Notes: generated by a model not told the origin, from the letters alone. DNA of 63,509 nt, filler included, from Dicyema japonicum (GCA_011109175.1; 9 parts of 9 records of this genome joined end to end with filler, not necessarily neighbours in it), one strand, 5' to 3'; positions 24,776-38,322 are shown, numbered from the whole stretch's first letter. Program-made: numbers and translations.

Positions 24776-27479
24776 TACTATTTCCTACTAACATTATCAG
24801 AAACGTAGTTGAACTAATAATTAAAAAGAAAAAAATATTTTATTTTATTTATGTACATTTATTTTTTTGAAATAACGCTTGTGAGTTATAATTTGGTTAC
24901 CAATTATCTACCGCTCAAAAACCGATGGCCAAAGCGAAGAGGCACAAATTTCCGGGAGTATGGAAGCTTTACTTATCAACGTCTAGTGGTATACGTATTT
25001 GAAGCTCGTTGATACCGAGGCTTTTTACGGCTTTAATTAAAATTCTGTCGTCGATCGTTTGAAGGACGAATAAGTGATCTCAGTCCGGAAAGATACCGAG
25101 ACGAAAAAATAGCGTCATCAATTTTTGAATGGTTCAAAGAATGCGAACTTGGTCACTAAGAGTTAACGTGACTCTCATTTTATTTTGGAAAGTCAAAGGC
25201 AGCGGACCGGATATCAGGCGTTTTTAATTTGTGTAAAAATTAAACACCGATCATCAACTAGTCCTGATTGAGAATTTGATTTATTTCATAATTAAAGATA
25301 AAAAAGTAATTTATTGACAAATTAACTGTTTTTTAATAATAATATAAAAATTTTCGAAACGAGTGAGCCACGCTTCTGTGGACGCCCAAGGGTCACACTT
25401 TTTGGGATAAATGATGCTGATCTCAAGTTCGTCAATAGAAAACTGAGATGTGGAGAACATCCAGACGATTTTATAGAAGTTGCACTCGATTGTGGAAATT
25501 AAATCAATCACCTCGATGTTTCGAAGCCCCAAAGTAAAACTATAGCTATTATGGATTTGCGTGTGTTTTTTAAATTTAAATTGAATTTATTAACAAAAAA
25601 ACCACCTTCATAGCCATAATGAGAAAATTCAGGTAAACCCGTCTTCCCTCAGCAGTCTTCGCATCTTTTCGTTGTGTTCAGACCGAGTTCCAGCACTTGA
25701 TTATTAAATTTAATTTTGAGTTAGAAGTGGTAGTGTACTAGTACTTCTGTTGTATTAAATCTCTACTTAGCATCATGTTGGATAAAAGGTTTTATCTTCT
25801 AATGCTCGTGAGCATGGAATGTTGGCGTACTCAGGAGACATTGGAACACAAAACGACAAGGTTAAGGTCAAAACAGACAGGGGTAGTAGTTCCTCTATTG
25901 TATTAAATCTCTACTTAGCATCATGTTGGATAAAAGGTTTTATTTTCTAATGCTCGTGAGCATGGAATGTTGGCGTACTCAGGAGACACTGGATCACAAA
26001 ACGACAAGGTTAAGGTCAAAATAGACAGGGACCGGAATATTGAACCGCTAACGGACTCGGAGACTTAACGTAACTCGGGTATTTTTGATGCATTTGATAA
26101 GATATCGTTGAGGGGAATGTTTGTTAGGTTGGTCACTCTCATGAATACGATTTTATCCATGTCCCTAAACTCAGCTTTATTTTAAAAGTTATCATCTCCA
26201 GTGTTTAAAACAGCATACTGTCGTTTTAAAACAGTATACTGTAGGTACGTCTGCAGCTTCATATTTACTCCTCACTATCCTAGGTAACCCTTGCGATACT
26301 TTGTTGCAACTCATTATTATTATTAGTTGCAACTTTTTCATACATATATGTTACTAATAATAATTAAAAAAATATTTATTAAACAAAATAAAAATATTTA
26401 TTCTTTAAATTTAATTAAATTTTAGGAAGACAATATATATTAGTCAGATTGATCTGATGTGGAGGAGAAATTATCTGGTACCCTCGGTAAGATAATACGA
26501 TTATTTTTACCGAATCTACATATTATATAAATTAAAACGTTAATATATCTCTTCTTCTTAAATATTTGCAGTTCTTATTTGCGAAAACTATTTGCAAAGT
26601 GTCCACCATTATCAAGCATTTTAGTACAGAGAATGCTACCCTTCTAAAAATAAATTATAGAAATACGGTGAAGCATCTTTGTAGATGATACAATAATTTT
26701 TCATAAAATTTATAATTACTTCTAATGCGTTATGGACTGTAAAAAATCTATCGTGTTCGAATTTGCTAAACGCCCACTTTTCATATTTTAGGTTTTTCTT
26801 AATATAATGCATGAGCCTCTAGGAATTCATGGATGTACATTACCTCATTGCAATTAAAATCCTCGAAAGAATTTTCAACGTCTATACAACCATTTAATTT
26901 TTCATCATTCATTTTAAAAAATTAACGAAGAATTCCTTTTATAGTCTGCCGGTTTCCCGTTCGATTTGAATATCGGTCTTCAATTAACAACTTCCTGCAT
27001 TTCCTTCATCGATTTAATTTAAATTCATACTACTCTTGATATTAAAATTAATTAACCCCCTTAATCGAATTCTAATTATTTCCTTAGTAAACTAGAACTT
27101 CCTTATTGAGCGGCAAAAAAAGGTATCAATTTACCCAGTGGCCTTCCGAATTTACGCTTGTCTATTCTAATTTTTAGAATGTTTCATTTTAAAATAATAT
27201 TGTTTCAAAAATTATGTAAATAATATATTTATTGGTTTTGATGCTTGCAATGCTCTGATGAAATCAAAGAAGCCGGTAGAAGCTTTATAAGAATAGATCT
27301 GGAATCTACAGTTAACGTGGCCATGGAAGATTTCGTCTTCTCCGGTCCCCGATTCTGTGAACAATTAAGGACCATTCTACAGATGATTATAGACGAGAAC
27401 TTCCAAAAACTAGAATACGTCTCAAAAGGGGATGAAGTACGGACATTGTCTGTGATAGTATCAAGTGGAGGTTGATTAC

Positions 27480-28400
27480 ATTATTAGTTTATCAACTTAT
27501 AAGTGTTCTTCACGGTGGTGTTCTTTTAGCCTCTCTCTCATAGTCAATCGTGATTCCCACTTTAATTCTGTTTTCATTAATAATATCCTTACTGTCTTCT
27601 CAATCGCTACAGTCAGTTTATAGGCTTTCACAGGACATTCTAGCTTCAAGGCTTAAATGGTATTTGTAGTACTTCCACGATCCCATCCGAGTCAAAACTA
27701 CTGGGACAAATATTTATGCTTGGCGCACTAATCCGCTTGCTAGGAGATCATACCTGTGTGCCTTCCAACTTGTATTTTTAATTTTATCGAATACAAATAT
27801 GTCTTCATAAGTGGCAATGGTTTTATCTACGCGTATTAAACAAAAATCGTTGTGCTGAGTGGATCTTCAATTTTTTGATTTTTTAATCCAAATTGGCGCC
27901 ACATGCAGATGTATGCATCTGACAACCTCATTATGGGGACGTAGGTAAGTGCTGTTTAGCATTGTTCTGCACCTTGTTGTTAAATGGTCCAATGTTTTTT
28001 GTCGAATTGCAATGTTTAACTTTTGTATCATTTTGCTAAAAAAACATAGCATTTCTTCAGATCTCCGGAATTATTTACATGCATCTTCCATTGGCATGAT
28101 TCTGGGATATTTTACATCGATTCCTCAATAGAGTTAAGCAAGATAAAATGTCGGGGTTTTCTTTATTTTCCCAGCAATTTGTATTTTTGACTTCATGTGG
28201 CTATTTTATATTTAAGTCTTACGGTATCTCCCAGTCAGGAATTCTACGATTGTGGCCATATGTGTTTTCTTCGATTTTAAGACCATTAGCGTAACGTTGA
28301 TAGAATTGTTGACACCTTTATAGTAATGTTCTTTTCTTTATCGTATTCTCACTCTGTCTATTCTACGGGTGTAAATACGTGAACATAACTTCCATATTAG
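27480..28400 (-). mobile_element. R4/Dong-like non-LTR retrotransposon 3' fragment (zinc finger plus RLE)
   Basis: TLDHLTTRC...YLRPHNEVVRCIH, then DIFVFDK, RYDLLA and FVPVV segments in disrupted frames. Confidence 0.6.
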
Positions 28401-29509
28401 AAAATTCTCGATTGTACTCTATTTTATAGATATTTGGTGTATTCTCAAAATGTTGCACATTTCTAAATTCTGATTTTACTCAAAAAATGTCAAATTATTA
28501 ACAAATTATTTCGAATTTTAAAAGTGATTGGATTTTGTTGAGACCAATGCGTAACATTTAGATTCCCAATAAAAAACATTCGAGGATTAATATCTAATTT
28601 TTGCCTTATTTTTCCCTAGGTAGACGGTTCTTGTCTCATTCTTCCAATTTGAAACAAACTAGATTCGAACTCAGATATTAAATATCTGATATTTCTAATT
28701 AACCAATAAACGTCCAGTTCCCTTGCGCCTGCGACATTGGAATTCTTGAGTTGTCTAGAGAACTGGATTTCTGCACGATCAGGAGGCCCCTCTGATCGCT
28801 GCTGGCTATTAGAAAGAATATCCTAAGAGGGAATGGCCACGTGGTCAGCGCGGATGCTGTATGACCTTTCTATGTATTTTATTCTGTTTTAACAATAAAA
28901 CTATTATGTAATGATTAACCAATAACTCAGTTACCTACAAATATAATTATTATATTTATATGGGATTTAGTTAGTTAAAGCTATCATTGTAAGTATTTTA
29001 TGATTATATTAGTTAATTATCGATTTATATATTTAATTAAAATTTTATATACAATTAACACAGAATGAAGCTGCCCAATTGGCTGACAAGTCAATTAGTG
29101 GAATAGTTGTAAACTCTTAGTCAAAAAAAGAAAAGTCTGTGTAGAGTGTTCCATAAAAGGAAAAAAAGATTTTTTTAATGAAAGATAAAATATTATTCTT
29201 TTATATAAAAATAAGGAGTTTAAAAATAATGAGTTTTCCCCCAGCCTTAAATTTAACTTTAACAAAACGCAGTTTTTTATTTAATTCCTTACGTCACCTA
29301 TAAAACTTCCCTATCAATATAAAAAATAAACGTATTTCATAATTGTCCTATCAATATTTTTTTAAAATCTTCACGATCACCTAAAAAGAATTTCTCAGCC
29401 AACTAATTAAGTGATCCAAACTTCTATTTGATTTTTGGACTCTCATGGGTGGTTCGAATCAATATTAAAACTGTACGTGGAACTGAACGTATCATAGCGC
29501 TTGGTCAAC

Positions 29510-30320
29510 AATTTTGCAAATTTAATAGCAAAACTCACTTAAGACGACTCACTAATCAGCTAACTGACTGTAGAAATTGAAGTTTATTAAAAAAGGACAA
29601 AAAATCAGTTAGGTGCCGCTCAAACAGCCAGCGGCGATCGCGAAGATCTCCAGTGCATGAGGTGATCCGGTTTCCAAGACGTCCTAAAAACTCTAGTGTA
29701 GAGGGGAAGAGGATCCGGAACTCTCCATAACAAGCGGAACAAATTAGACATTATCGGGAAGGCCGTTGTATTTTTCGAGTTTGGCTTTCTCCACCTTGAC
29801 GTTTGCAGATCAGGCCTTTGAACCGCACTCGTGAAGATTGTTCGGGGCGAACGTGTCTGTACATGTCNAATTTTGCAAATTTAAAAGCAAAACTCACTTA
29901 AGACGGCTCACTAATCAGCAAACTAACTGTAAAAATTGAAATTTATTAAAAAAGGACAAAACATCAAGTAGGTGCCGCCCTGAGTGGCTGTTACTTCTCA
30001 GAATTGCGAGCGAAATTCGCTCAAACAGTTAGCGGCGTTCGCGGCGATCTCCAGTGCATGAGGTGATCCGGTTTCCAAGACGTCCGAAAAACTCTAGTTT
30101 AGAGAGGGCGTAAGATCCGGAAATCTCCAGAGCAAACGGAACAAATTGGACATTATTGAAAAAGCCGTAGTATTTTTCGAGTTTGGCCTTCTCCACCTTG
30201 ACGGCTGCAGATCAGGCCCTTGAAGCGCACTCGTGAAGATTGTTCGGGACGAACGTGTCTGTACATGTCACGTCCCAAACAAGTGGTATCCCGGCCTCAA
30301 AGGGAAAAATGGTCATCCCG
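29510..30320 (-). mobile_element. CRE-clade RLE fragment present as two diverged tandem copies joined at a single N; related + strand piece at 28700-28870
   Basis: PFEAGIPLVWDVTCTDTFVP...SAAVKVEKAKLEKY...FVPFALEISG...FERISLAILRSNSHS. Confidence 0.75.
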
Positions 30321-30743
30321 TGTAAAATCAAAAAATGTTTTTTTGGAGTGGTCACGTAGAATATCAACCACTGGTATCTACAACTAGTGTATGTGTTCTT
30401 ACATCAGCAAGGATGTGATAGATACTCAGTGGAGGATATTTGGGCATTTACTAAGAATGAACCCGGACGCACCCGCTAACAAAGTGATGGAAGATTACTT
30501 TGACAGATGCAAAAAACCCTTCCGCGGACGACCTAGATCGACACTTCCGACTACCTTAAACAAAGACTTAAATCGTGTGAGAAAAAATCTAAAGACGGGG
30601 GACGACCTGGACTAATTGAGATCACTCGCATTCGACAGAGGAANNNNNNNNNNNNNNNNNNNNNNNNNNNNNNNNNNNNNNNNNNNNTTAATTAATTAAN
30701 NNNNNNNNNNNNNNNNNNNNNNNNNNNNNNNNNNNNNNNNNNN

Positions 30744-33410
30744 TCGCAGTTGTTTTCTGTAGAGAGTTGAAGTTTTCCAGTTCTTTGGTGATTAGGCCTC
30801 AGGTTATAAAGTAGAAATGGTTCGAGAAAGGAGTTGTACAACCGAATTCGAAGGCGAGTGCCTATGTACTTTCGCCGCATCCAGACCGCCCACAATTTTT
30901 TGAGAGAAGCAATCGCCAGAACTTTTCAGTGAATAACGTCCTCCAAGTCCCCGAGGAGAGAACCAACTTTCTTGCATGTTCTTCACTTTTCTCGTAACTC
31001 GTGTGCAAATATGCTAGTTCTTTCCGTTTTGTCTGGGTTTACTACCAAGGACCAGTCCTCCAAGCCTTGAGGGATCACTTTTAGTATAGTTTCCAGCGTA
31101 TCCCTATCTCGGTAGACTAAATCAATATATCGGCGTAGATTACTTCCATCACGTTAGAGAAACAATTTTTTCCTAGAGGTCTTAAGCTGCCTCCAGGTAT
31201 ATTATGAATAGGACTGGGGATAAGAGTCTCCCTGTGGTGCGCCGGTGTCGGCTTTAAATCTTGTTGAGTTGTAATTTCCTACGCGCACTGATAGCGATGT
31301 GCTGGAGAGTGAAAATCTGATCATGTGATGCATCCTCGTCTAGAATACTCTCCAGTACGTGCATTAGCTTTTTGCGGTTGATAGTGTCGAAGCACTGGAT
31401 AAGTCAATTCCAAGGATTGAGATTTTTTCTTTGTATTTCTGGCACATTTCACACATCCACCTGTGGCTCCATACAATGTCTGTCGTCGACCTGAATCCAC
31501 TTTGACTTGGGTTCAGGAATTCATTTACAGGGCCTGAAATACGATCCAACAACAAGGGAGAGTATTTTCCTTATCGTATTCATTAGTGTAATCGGGCGTA
31601 GGCTGTTTAGATTTCCTCTTTCCTGTCCAGGTTTCTCAATTGGGATCAAGGTCCCATTCATCGCATCACATGGACTGTGACATTTGAACGTCCTGTTCAG
31701 GACTGTGCAGATTAACTCAGCCACCCTTTCTGACGCGTATTTCAATAATTCATTCACGTTGTCCGGTCCAGGGGTCTGCCATTCTTGAGATTACCCAAGG
31801 CTGAAATCGACTTCGTAATGCGTGATGCTTTGATTCAAGTCTCTGGGAATTCCTTCGAACGGTTCCAAGTATTCATTGAGATTTAGTCGTTTTTTGTAGA
31901 AAGCGGCAATTTTATTTGCTGATTCCAGGCCGTTGATTATTCGCCGTACTTTTTACGGATATTGTCGGAAGCACATAGAGCCTCCACGGTCAAGGTCCTG
32001 CTCCGCCTACGAGCTGCCAGTGCTCCAGAGATTCCAAAGCGTCGATTTAGAATGAGCCGTACTACTAGTAGTCTGTGATCACTTGAGATCATCATGCTAC
32101 TATATTTACGGGAGTCCGTGAATAGCCCCCTCTGTCTTTGTATGCATAGTATGTGGTCGAATTAGTTAAATATATGAACTCGATTTCCATAGGAGTCTCT
32201 CCTCTGCCCTGCCCAATATGTCGCGCTGCATGTCGGAATTCCGTGTTACAAAGGAATAGTCAAAATGAATCGCAGAAATATATAAGGGCCTCCCAGGACA
32301 GATTTCTGATCCCTCGAGCGTGACTGCCCAGGCAATTTGATTCGTCCTGCTTTTTCCCCACTTTTGAATTCCAGTCTCCCGCTATAAAAAGCATGTAGGA
32401 ACTGGATAAGGAGGAGTAAGCCAATGATAAAGACGAGTAGAAATTGTCTAGTTCCTCTGCGTCGGCGGATACCTTCACTGTGGTTGGTGCATGATAATCG
32501 ATAGAGTAGTACTACGGTTGTTTCCATGGCGTAGTCGGAGGATGGAAATCCTGTCGGTGATACTCCATGCTCTATGAGCCACCACAGCTGCGTCCATGGG
32601 TATAGCGAACCCCATCCCATAATGTCAGCAATCTGACTGATCTCTAAGGAACGAGTCTAGATTGTGATTGTCCATATCAGAAAGTCCCCATGTTCCGGCA
32701 TTGTAAAGGAGAATAGGCTTCACCAGTGAATTGTATAAACGCATCCGTGTTTGTGTACTAATCCTTTACGCTTTAGCAAGTTTTCCTTTAGGCTGCGTAG
32801 TGCACTGTTTGCATGTGTTTTCCGCATAATTGCGTTTTGTTCATTTCCCAATAACGATCCGAGTTTCTCTACTTTTCTCCAATGTTCATCCAGCTTGGAT
32901 TTTTGTCTGACTAGTTCAGTCAATTCTGATCTTTCCACATTTACATTGAAGAACCACTCGGCAAGTTTATTTGGCATCACCTCCAATAGGCTTTTCAGAG
33001 CATTCATGTCGAGAGAAGTGAAATCCACGTCATCCGCATAACCCACCGAATCGATTTTTGCTTCATAATATGGTTTTAGCTCCCTCAATGAAGCTTCCAG
33101 GTGCGTGACAAATAGTATGGGAGATAACGAATCTCCTTGAGGTGTCCCAGATGTTGTTTCAAATGTCTTAGAGCACTTATCCCGTACCCTGACCGATAGG
33201 TAAGCTTCTAATAAAAGTACCCCGACCATCCGGGTAGAAGATTCGTCAAGGAATTCTGTGAAGACATCAATCAATTCCTGACGATTGATTAAGTCAAAAA
33301 CTCTTGAAATATCGATTCCAAGATTGTTTGTCGCGTTTTTGAATCTTTGAATAGTGGAACAACGCCATCTATGGTTCCACACAATGTCAGAAGTCGACCT
33401 TCCTTCTCGA
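30744..33410 (-). mobile_element. Two adjacent degenerate RTE-like LINE copies (endonuclease plus RT)
   Basis: IAGDWNSKVG, SDHRL, LRPITLMNTIRKIL, SQSGFR, GAPQGDS. The second copy (32720-33410) has GTPQGDSLSPILF and YADDVDF. Confidence 0.85.
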
Positions 33411-33606
33411 AGTCGTATTCTGTGTTCTTACTCTCGAATTCGACCTTCCTTCTCGAAAGCCAAATATATTTCTATCTTGAAAAGACAAATCGATATGAAA
33501 ATTAATTCCCATTTAAGCCAATTTAAGAATTGTTTGATAATTAAATTTAATAATTATTTAAAATATTTATAAAATTAATAAAATATTTCGTCATTCAAAC
33601 ACGAGG

Positions 33607-34723
33607 ATGCCCAGTCTTAAGTGTCGTTTTTACGAACAGCATTTTCCTAACGAGAATGACCCCGTTATGATAAAAGTTTTGAGAATTGACAACTTTGGCG
33701 TAAATGTCCACTTACTAGAATACGACATCGAGGGGATGATTATCCTTTCAGAGCTTTCACGGAAGAGGATTCGAGTAATTCACAAATTTGTCAAAATCGG
33801 TCGCACAGACGTTGCCATTGCCGTTAGAATCGACGGAGTTCGACGTAATATCAGTTATAACCAGTTTCAGGTTCTGTGGACTTGTCAAAGAAGCGTGCTA
33901 CAATCGATGACATCAAGAAATGCACAGACAACTACAACAGGAACAAAGGGGTTTCATAATTTGTTATCCAAGGTCAACCAAATCGTGAACTATACCGCCT
34001 CAAAGCTGAATTATCAGACGAACGAGGAACTCGAGACCTGATGACCAGAACTGCTTGGTATTTCGACAGGAAGTATGACAAAGTCGGAATTTCCTACGAA
34101 ATATTCCGCAGAGCTGCCACGTTTGTTGGAAAACTTACATTTTAGTGACCCAACATTTTGCAGGCATGTGATCTGACGGACGAGGAACGCAAGGCTCTGC
34201 AGGAAGTAATCTGCAACCGACTGTCCCCCCAGCCAAAGAAGCTGAGAGCAGGTTGGATTGTCTCGCTACGTAGACATTAAAATCCAATGCTTCAGCTCAA
34301 AGGGAGTATTGGCCATAAAGGAGGCTATCATGGAAGGCATGAAAGCTTCTTCTGAAAGCATGCCCATAAAGGTTGGGGATGTTTGATTTGGTAGATAAAC
34401 CTAGTTGCTCCTCCCCGATATGTTATCACGACACAGACTTTGAAGCTGGATCAAGGGGTTGCCGCCATTCAGAACTGCATTGAACGGATACAGAATTGTA
34501 TTACCCTAGATGACTCATTCTTTGAGATTGATAAGATGGTTTGGATTAGTTTGACTGTAGCCTTGGTTTACGTCTGATCAAGATGATGATGAGTTGTTAG
34601 ATGAGTTCATGAGGGCAGAGAATGCCACGAAGGAGTGTCTGCTGATGATGAGTTTCTGGATTCAATGGGGACGATTGGTGAAGAGATAAGACGGATGAGT
34701 CTGATGGGGATGAGTCTTCGTGA
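33607..34723 (+). CDS. EIF2S1: Translation initiation factor 2 subunit alpha, 7 exons, with apparent single-base deletions
   Basis: MPSLKCRFYEQHFP...LLEYDIEGMIILSELSRKRIR...VDLSKKR...RTAWYFD...NRLSPQPKKLRADI...MPIKINLVAPPRYVITT. Six introns of 22-26 nt, e.g. 33845-33870 and 33951-33972. Confidence 0.9.
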
Positions 34724-35499
34724 CACCTTTTTCTTTATTTTTATTTGGATGACTATTTATTATCTTTCACATATTTCTAAATTGTCTCATTTGTCATTGT
34801 ATGGTGAAAAAGTCCTAATATGGACGTCGTGAGTATGGACGCTTTCGTTTTAAAACAACCTCTTTTAGGGTACTGTCAATGCATGCTCAGCCTGTGGCAG
34901 GGCAGAAACTTTGAAACGATACGAGTATGCTGACCTATCTGGTTGCAACGTTTGTTTTTGAAAACCTCTGGATCTTGGGACACTTGTTCTACGGTTTCTT
35001 TCAAAAATCTCTGAAATTTAATTCTAACCTCCTCAGGGGACTGTTGCTAGTTTGATTAGATTTCTTTCGAACTTAAATCTGTTTTATGAAGAAAAATTTA
35101 TTGATTTAAACTTAAAATTTTGTCTGATAGAATAATGTTAAAAATAACAAGGGAATTTGTCATATATCAAACCCATGTAATCAAGTTATTTGATGATTTT
35201 CTATAATTTCCACAGCTCTTCTATATCCACGATTGTCCACTTGATGGAATTTTTATAAGCAAGGGTTTCCTGTTATATTTGAGGTTTTATAACTTCACCA
35301 CAGCTCGATGTATAATCGATTACTTTTATACTCCCCAAGCACTATAGATATACTCTAAGTAAAAAATCATAGTTATTCAGCAAGGACAGCGATCCAAATT
35401 CCAACTAACTCCGAAGTGCCTTCTTTTGTCTTCATAGGAATTTTATCGAGTACAATTTTTATGGTAAATTTGAATTCCTTTGAAGTTTCTCTAAATGTT

Positions 35500-36760
35500 T
35501 TTAGCTCCGTGTAGATACGTAGGAAGCCCTGGCCATTTCTCGTTGTCGTCGCTTCGAAAAAAGACTGGGGATTGCTATAGTGTCTGACTGCATATGATGC
35601 AAGCTGTAAGTAGGAAGGGATCTTCTTTATGATAGCTTTTAAGAAGTTCCACTTTCGTAGCCCCTTGGTTAACGCTTCCTCCTGTGATTGGAGAACGTTA
35701 TTAAAGAGTCGAATGCCACTCCAAGGATCTCCTGGATTCGCATAGAAGGAATAGGTATGCTTTTGAAGAGTAGCTTGAGTCCAACTTTAAATCTCCTGTT
35801 CGTAGTGAATAGAGTGAACTGAGACTTGATGCTGACAAAAACGGCAAATTCCCGGATAGCCAGTCACAACACCTGGTTGAGGTGTGACTGAACCACCACC
35901 ACAGCCCTGGAAGGAGAAAATCAGGTCGTCTGCGTAAGATAAAAATGTGTCTTGATCTTTGGTAGTAGTTAAATCGTGTAGAAATAAGTTAAAGAAGAGA
36001 GGAGACAAAGGGAATCTTGTGAGCCCCCATTTTGGGGTATTTTCGACGTTAATGCATGATTTCGGACATTAATTTGAATTAAAGATCTTTTTTGTTATGA
36101 GTCTCTTCGAAACAGAGTCAAAGGCTTTCTGTACATCGATAGAGTGCGTTTTCATTTTAAAGCCGCCTGTGATGAACTGAAAGGCAGATCCCAAATGAGT
36201 CGCTGTAGAACATTCTGCTCTGAAGCCATGTTGAAATTCCGGCAATTGTAGAACAAATAAGATTAATATTGATACAATGGGGTAAGGGGATGGAAATCAA
36301 TTTTCAGGCTTGAGAATTGGTGTAATCAATGAATTCTCCATATATTTGGGAATTGATAGAATAGTTGTATAGCCTCGATAACTTGATGTGTGTCTGAGGT
36401 CCTAGGTGCTGAGGTGAATAGTACACACCGTCGTAGACACAGGCACGAATGGGCGTAGCAGTTTAATAGTCTTGTCTACATCATGGAAAGGAGGAAGTTT
36501 CCGTATAAATTCCGAGGCACTAGGGGTACCGGCTTCCACTCCGCCGCATCTTCGTCTATAAGATTGTTGATACTTCTCATTGTCTTCCAGAAGGTGTCAC
36601 ACGAATTTTTGTGGCATAGTCACCAACTGATTCACTTTTTGTCGGTGGTTAGCACGGATTATTTTAAAAATTCTGTAACTGGGGGAGCGTATGGACGATA
36701 TAGAGTCATCTGATTGAATTCCGTGTTTCTTCAGGCATCCAGTTTCTAGACATTGTTTAG
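35500..36760 (-). mobile_element. Degenerate I/Jockey-like LINE ORF2 fragment
   Basis: FQHGFR, IDVQKAFDSV, SPLFFNLFLHDL, SYADDL. Related copies at 39790-41420 (-), 44150-45230 (+), 47050-47830 (+) and 58200-58480 (+). Confidence 0.75.
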
Positions 36761-36884
36761 GGTAACATCATTAGTAAATCATTGGCATCTTAAAGCCACG
36801 AACACTTATGTCTTGTTTAATACAACTATTTTATTCCTCAACTCAATTTATTCTGCAATCACAAACAAGAAATTGAATGTTATT

Positions 36885-37100
36885 CAATATGCCTCTTCAT
36901 GAGAGCTATAATAGCTCCGCATTGGCAGTACACACACTTTATTAGAGTAAAGAACAGTTATGTTAGCTAATCGTAGAGGGAACCAAGAAATGTTCCTTAA
37001 CTTTTTTTTTTACTTTTAGTTGTGTGTGCGTCCTGTGGATAATCCGGTTCCGCGGTGAGGTATCACTGATGACGGCGTCACTCAGCAAACCAGAGAATCT
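36885..37100 (-). mobile_element. Copy of the tRNA-derived SINE (body and tail)
   Basis: Aligns by eye with 52190-52400 (…TAATCGTAGA…AACCAAG…GTTCCGC.GTGAG..CACTGATGACGGC.TCACTC). Confidence 0.7.
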
Positions 37101-37230
37101 GATTGAATATTTTTGATTCCACTGAAGATAAAAGAGTTCTTGTTCCTGTCGCCAAAAATCGTTAAAATTTTATGCTTTATTTTTATTTATTTATTTAAAA
37201 TCAATAATCACTGACAAAATAAAAAAGAAT

Positions 37231-38322
37231 GGAGGCCGTCAAGTGATCCGGCCTCCTTAAGCAGGCGCCCATCCTTTCTTGGTGCTCCACTTGTGAGCCG
37301 AAACACTTCATGTATGGACGAATCACTTTTCGGAAGTTTTAAGGATTCGACTGGGCTCACGTTCTCCTCACGAGTTCCTCGACTGAATTGTTATTGCTAA
37401 AGGAAAATGAGCGACCGCGAAAGTTGCACCAATAAAAGCCAGCAACTCTACTCGTCCTCCGGGAAGTGCTACGGCTGACTCCTCCTCATGAAAATTAACC
37501 CACAGACAACTCGTCTCTATTGATAACAGTCAACTCAGCGACAAGTGCGATAAGGATCGCGAACATTCTATATCTCTATGACCAGTACGGATGTATGAGG
37601 ATGAGCCACAGAGGATCGGGCTCCTTCCGATCTGATTTCCGAAACAACACCCACATGACCACCTATATGGAGGCCGTGAATGAGACCTGTCCATTTGGTC
37701 CGGACAACCACCGATTCAGAACACTTTCAACTAAACCGTCTGAGGTTGTCCTCAGGAACCTACCTTTCTGGGTGAAGGAGGACGACCTCTTGGACTACCT
37801 CCAGGAGATGGCTCCCTCAACTACAAAAGTTACCCAATTGTCCAGAGGAGCGCATGCCATGCCAATGGCGAAGGCCTCGATTAATAGCAAATCGGAGGCC
37901 AAATCGCTAGTACGTTGTGGCTTCTACATTGGAACGAACAAGATCTCCTGTGAGTGGATGAGAAGAGGGTCGCCTATCTGCTACAACTGCCAGCAGGTCG
38001 TTGAATTTGCATACTAGTGCACAAGAAAGAAAAATGCTTCCGTTGTGCGGGAGAGCATGACACCTCCAAGTGCATTGCGGACCCGAGTCTTGAATATAAA
38101 TGTGTTAACTGCGGATCAACAAAACACGGTGCAAGGTATGGAGGATGTCCTGTGCTAATAATTTTTGTTAGATGCAAGAGGTCAATAATTCGAAGAGGAA
38201 ACATATAGTGTCTCGTTCTACCAGACCCCATCAACCAGGACAAACTCGTTGGCTTCTCCCTTTTTAATTAGTTTTTTAATTAGTAACGAGTTAGTTATGT
38301 TAATAAAGTATCTATCTATCTA
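37231..38322 (+). mobile_element. Non-LTR retroelement carrying only a gag-like ORF1 (RRM-like region plus three Cys/His knuckles) and a (TATC)n tail
   Basis: Structured GC-rich leader; ORF1 from ~37407 with VVLRNLPFW, CYNCQ, CFRCAGEHDTSKC and CVNCGSTKHGARYGGCP. It ends in AATAAA-GTATCTATCTATCT with no ORF2 between. Confidence 0.65.
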
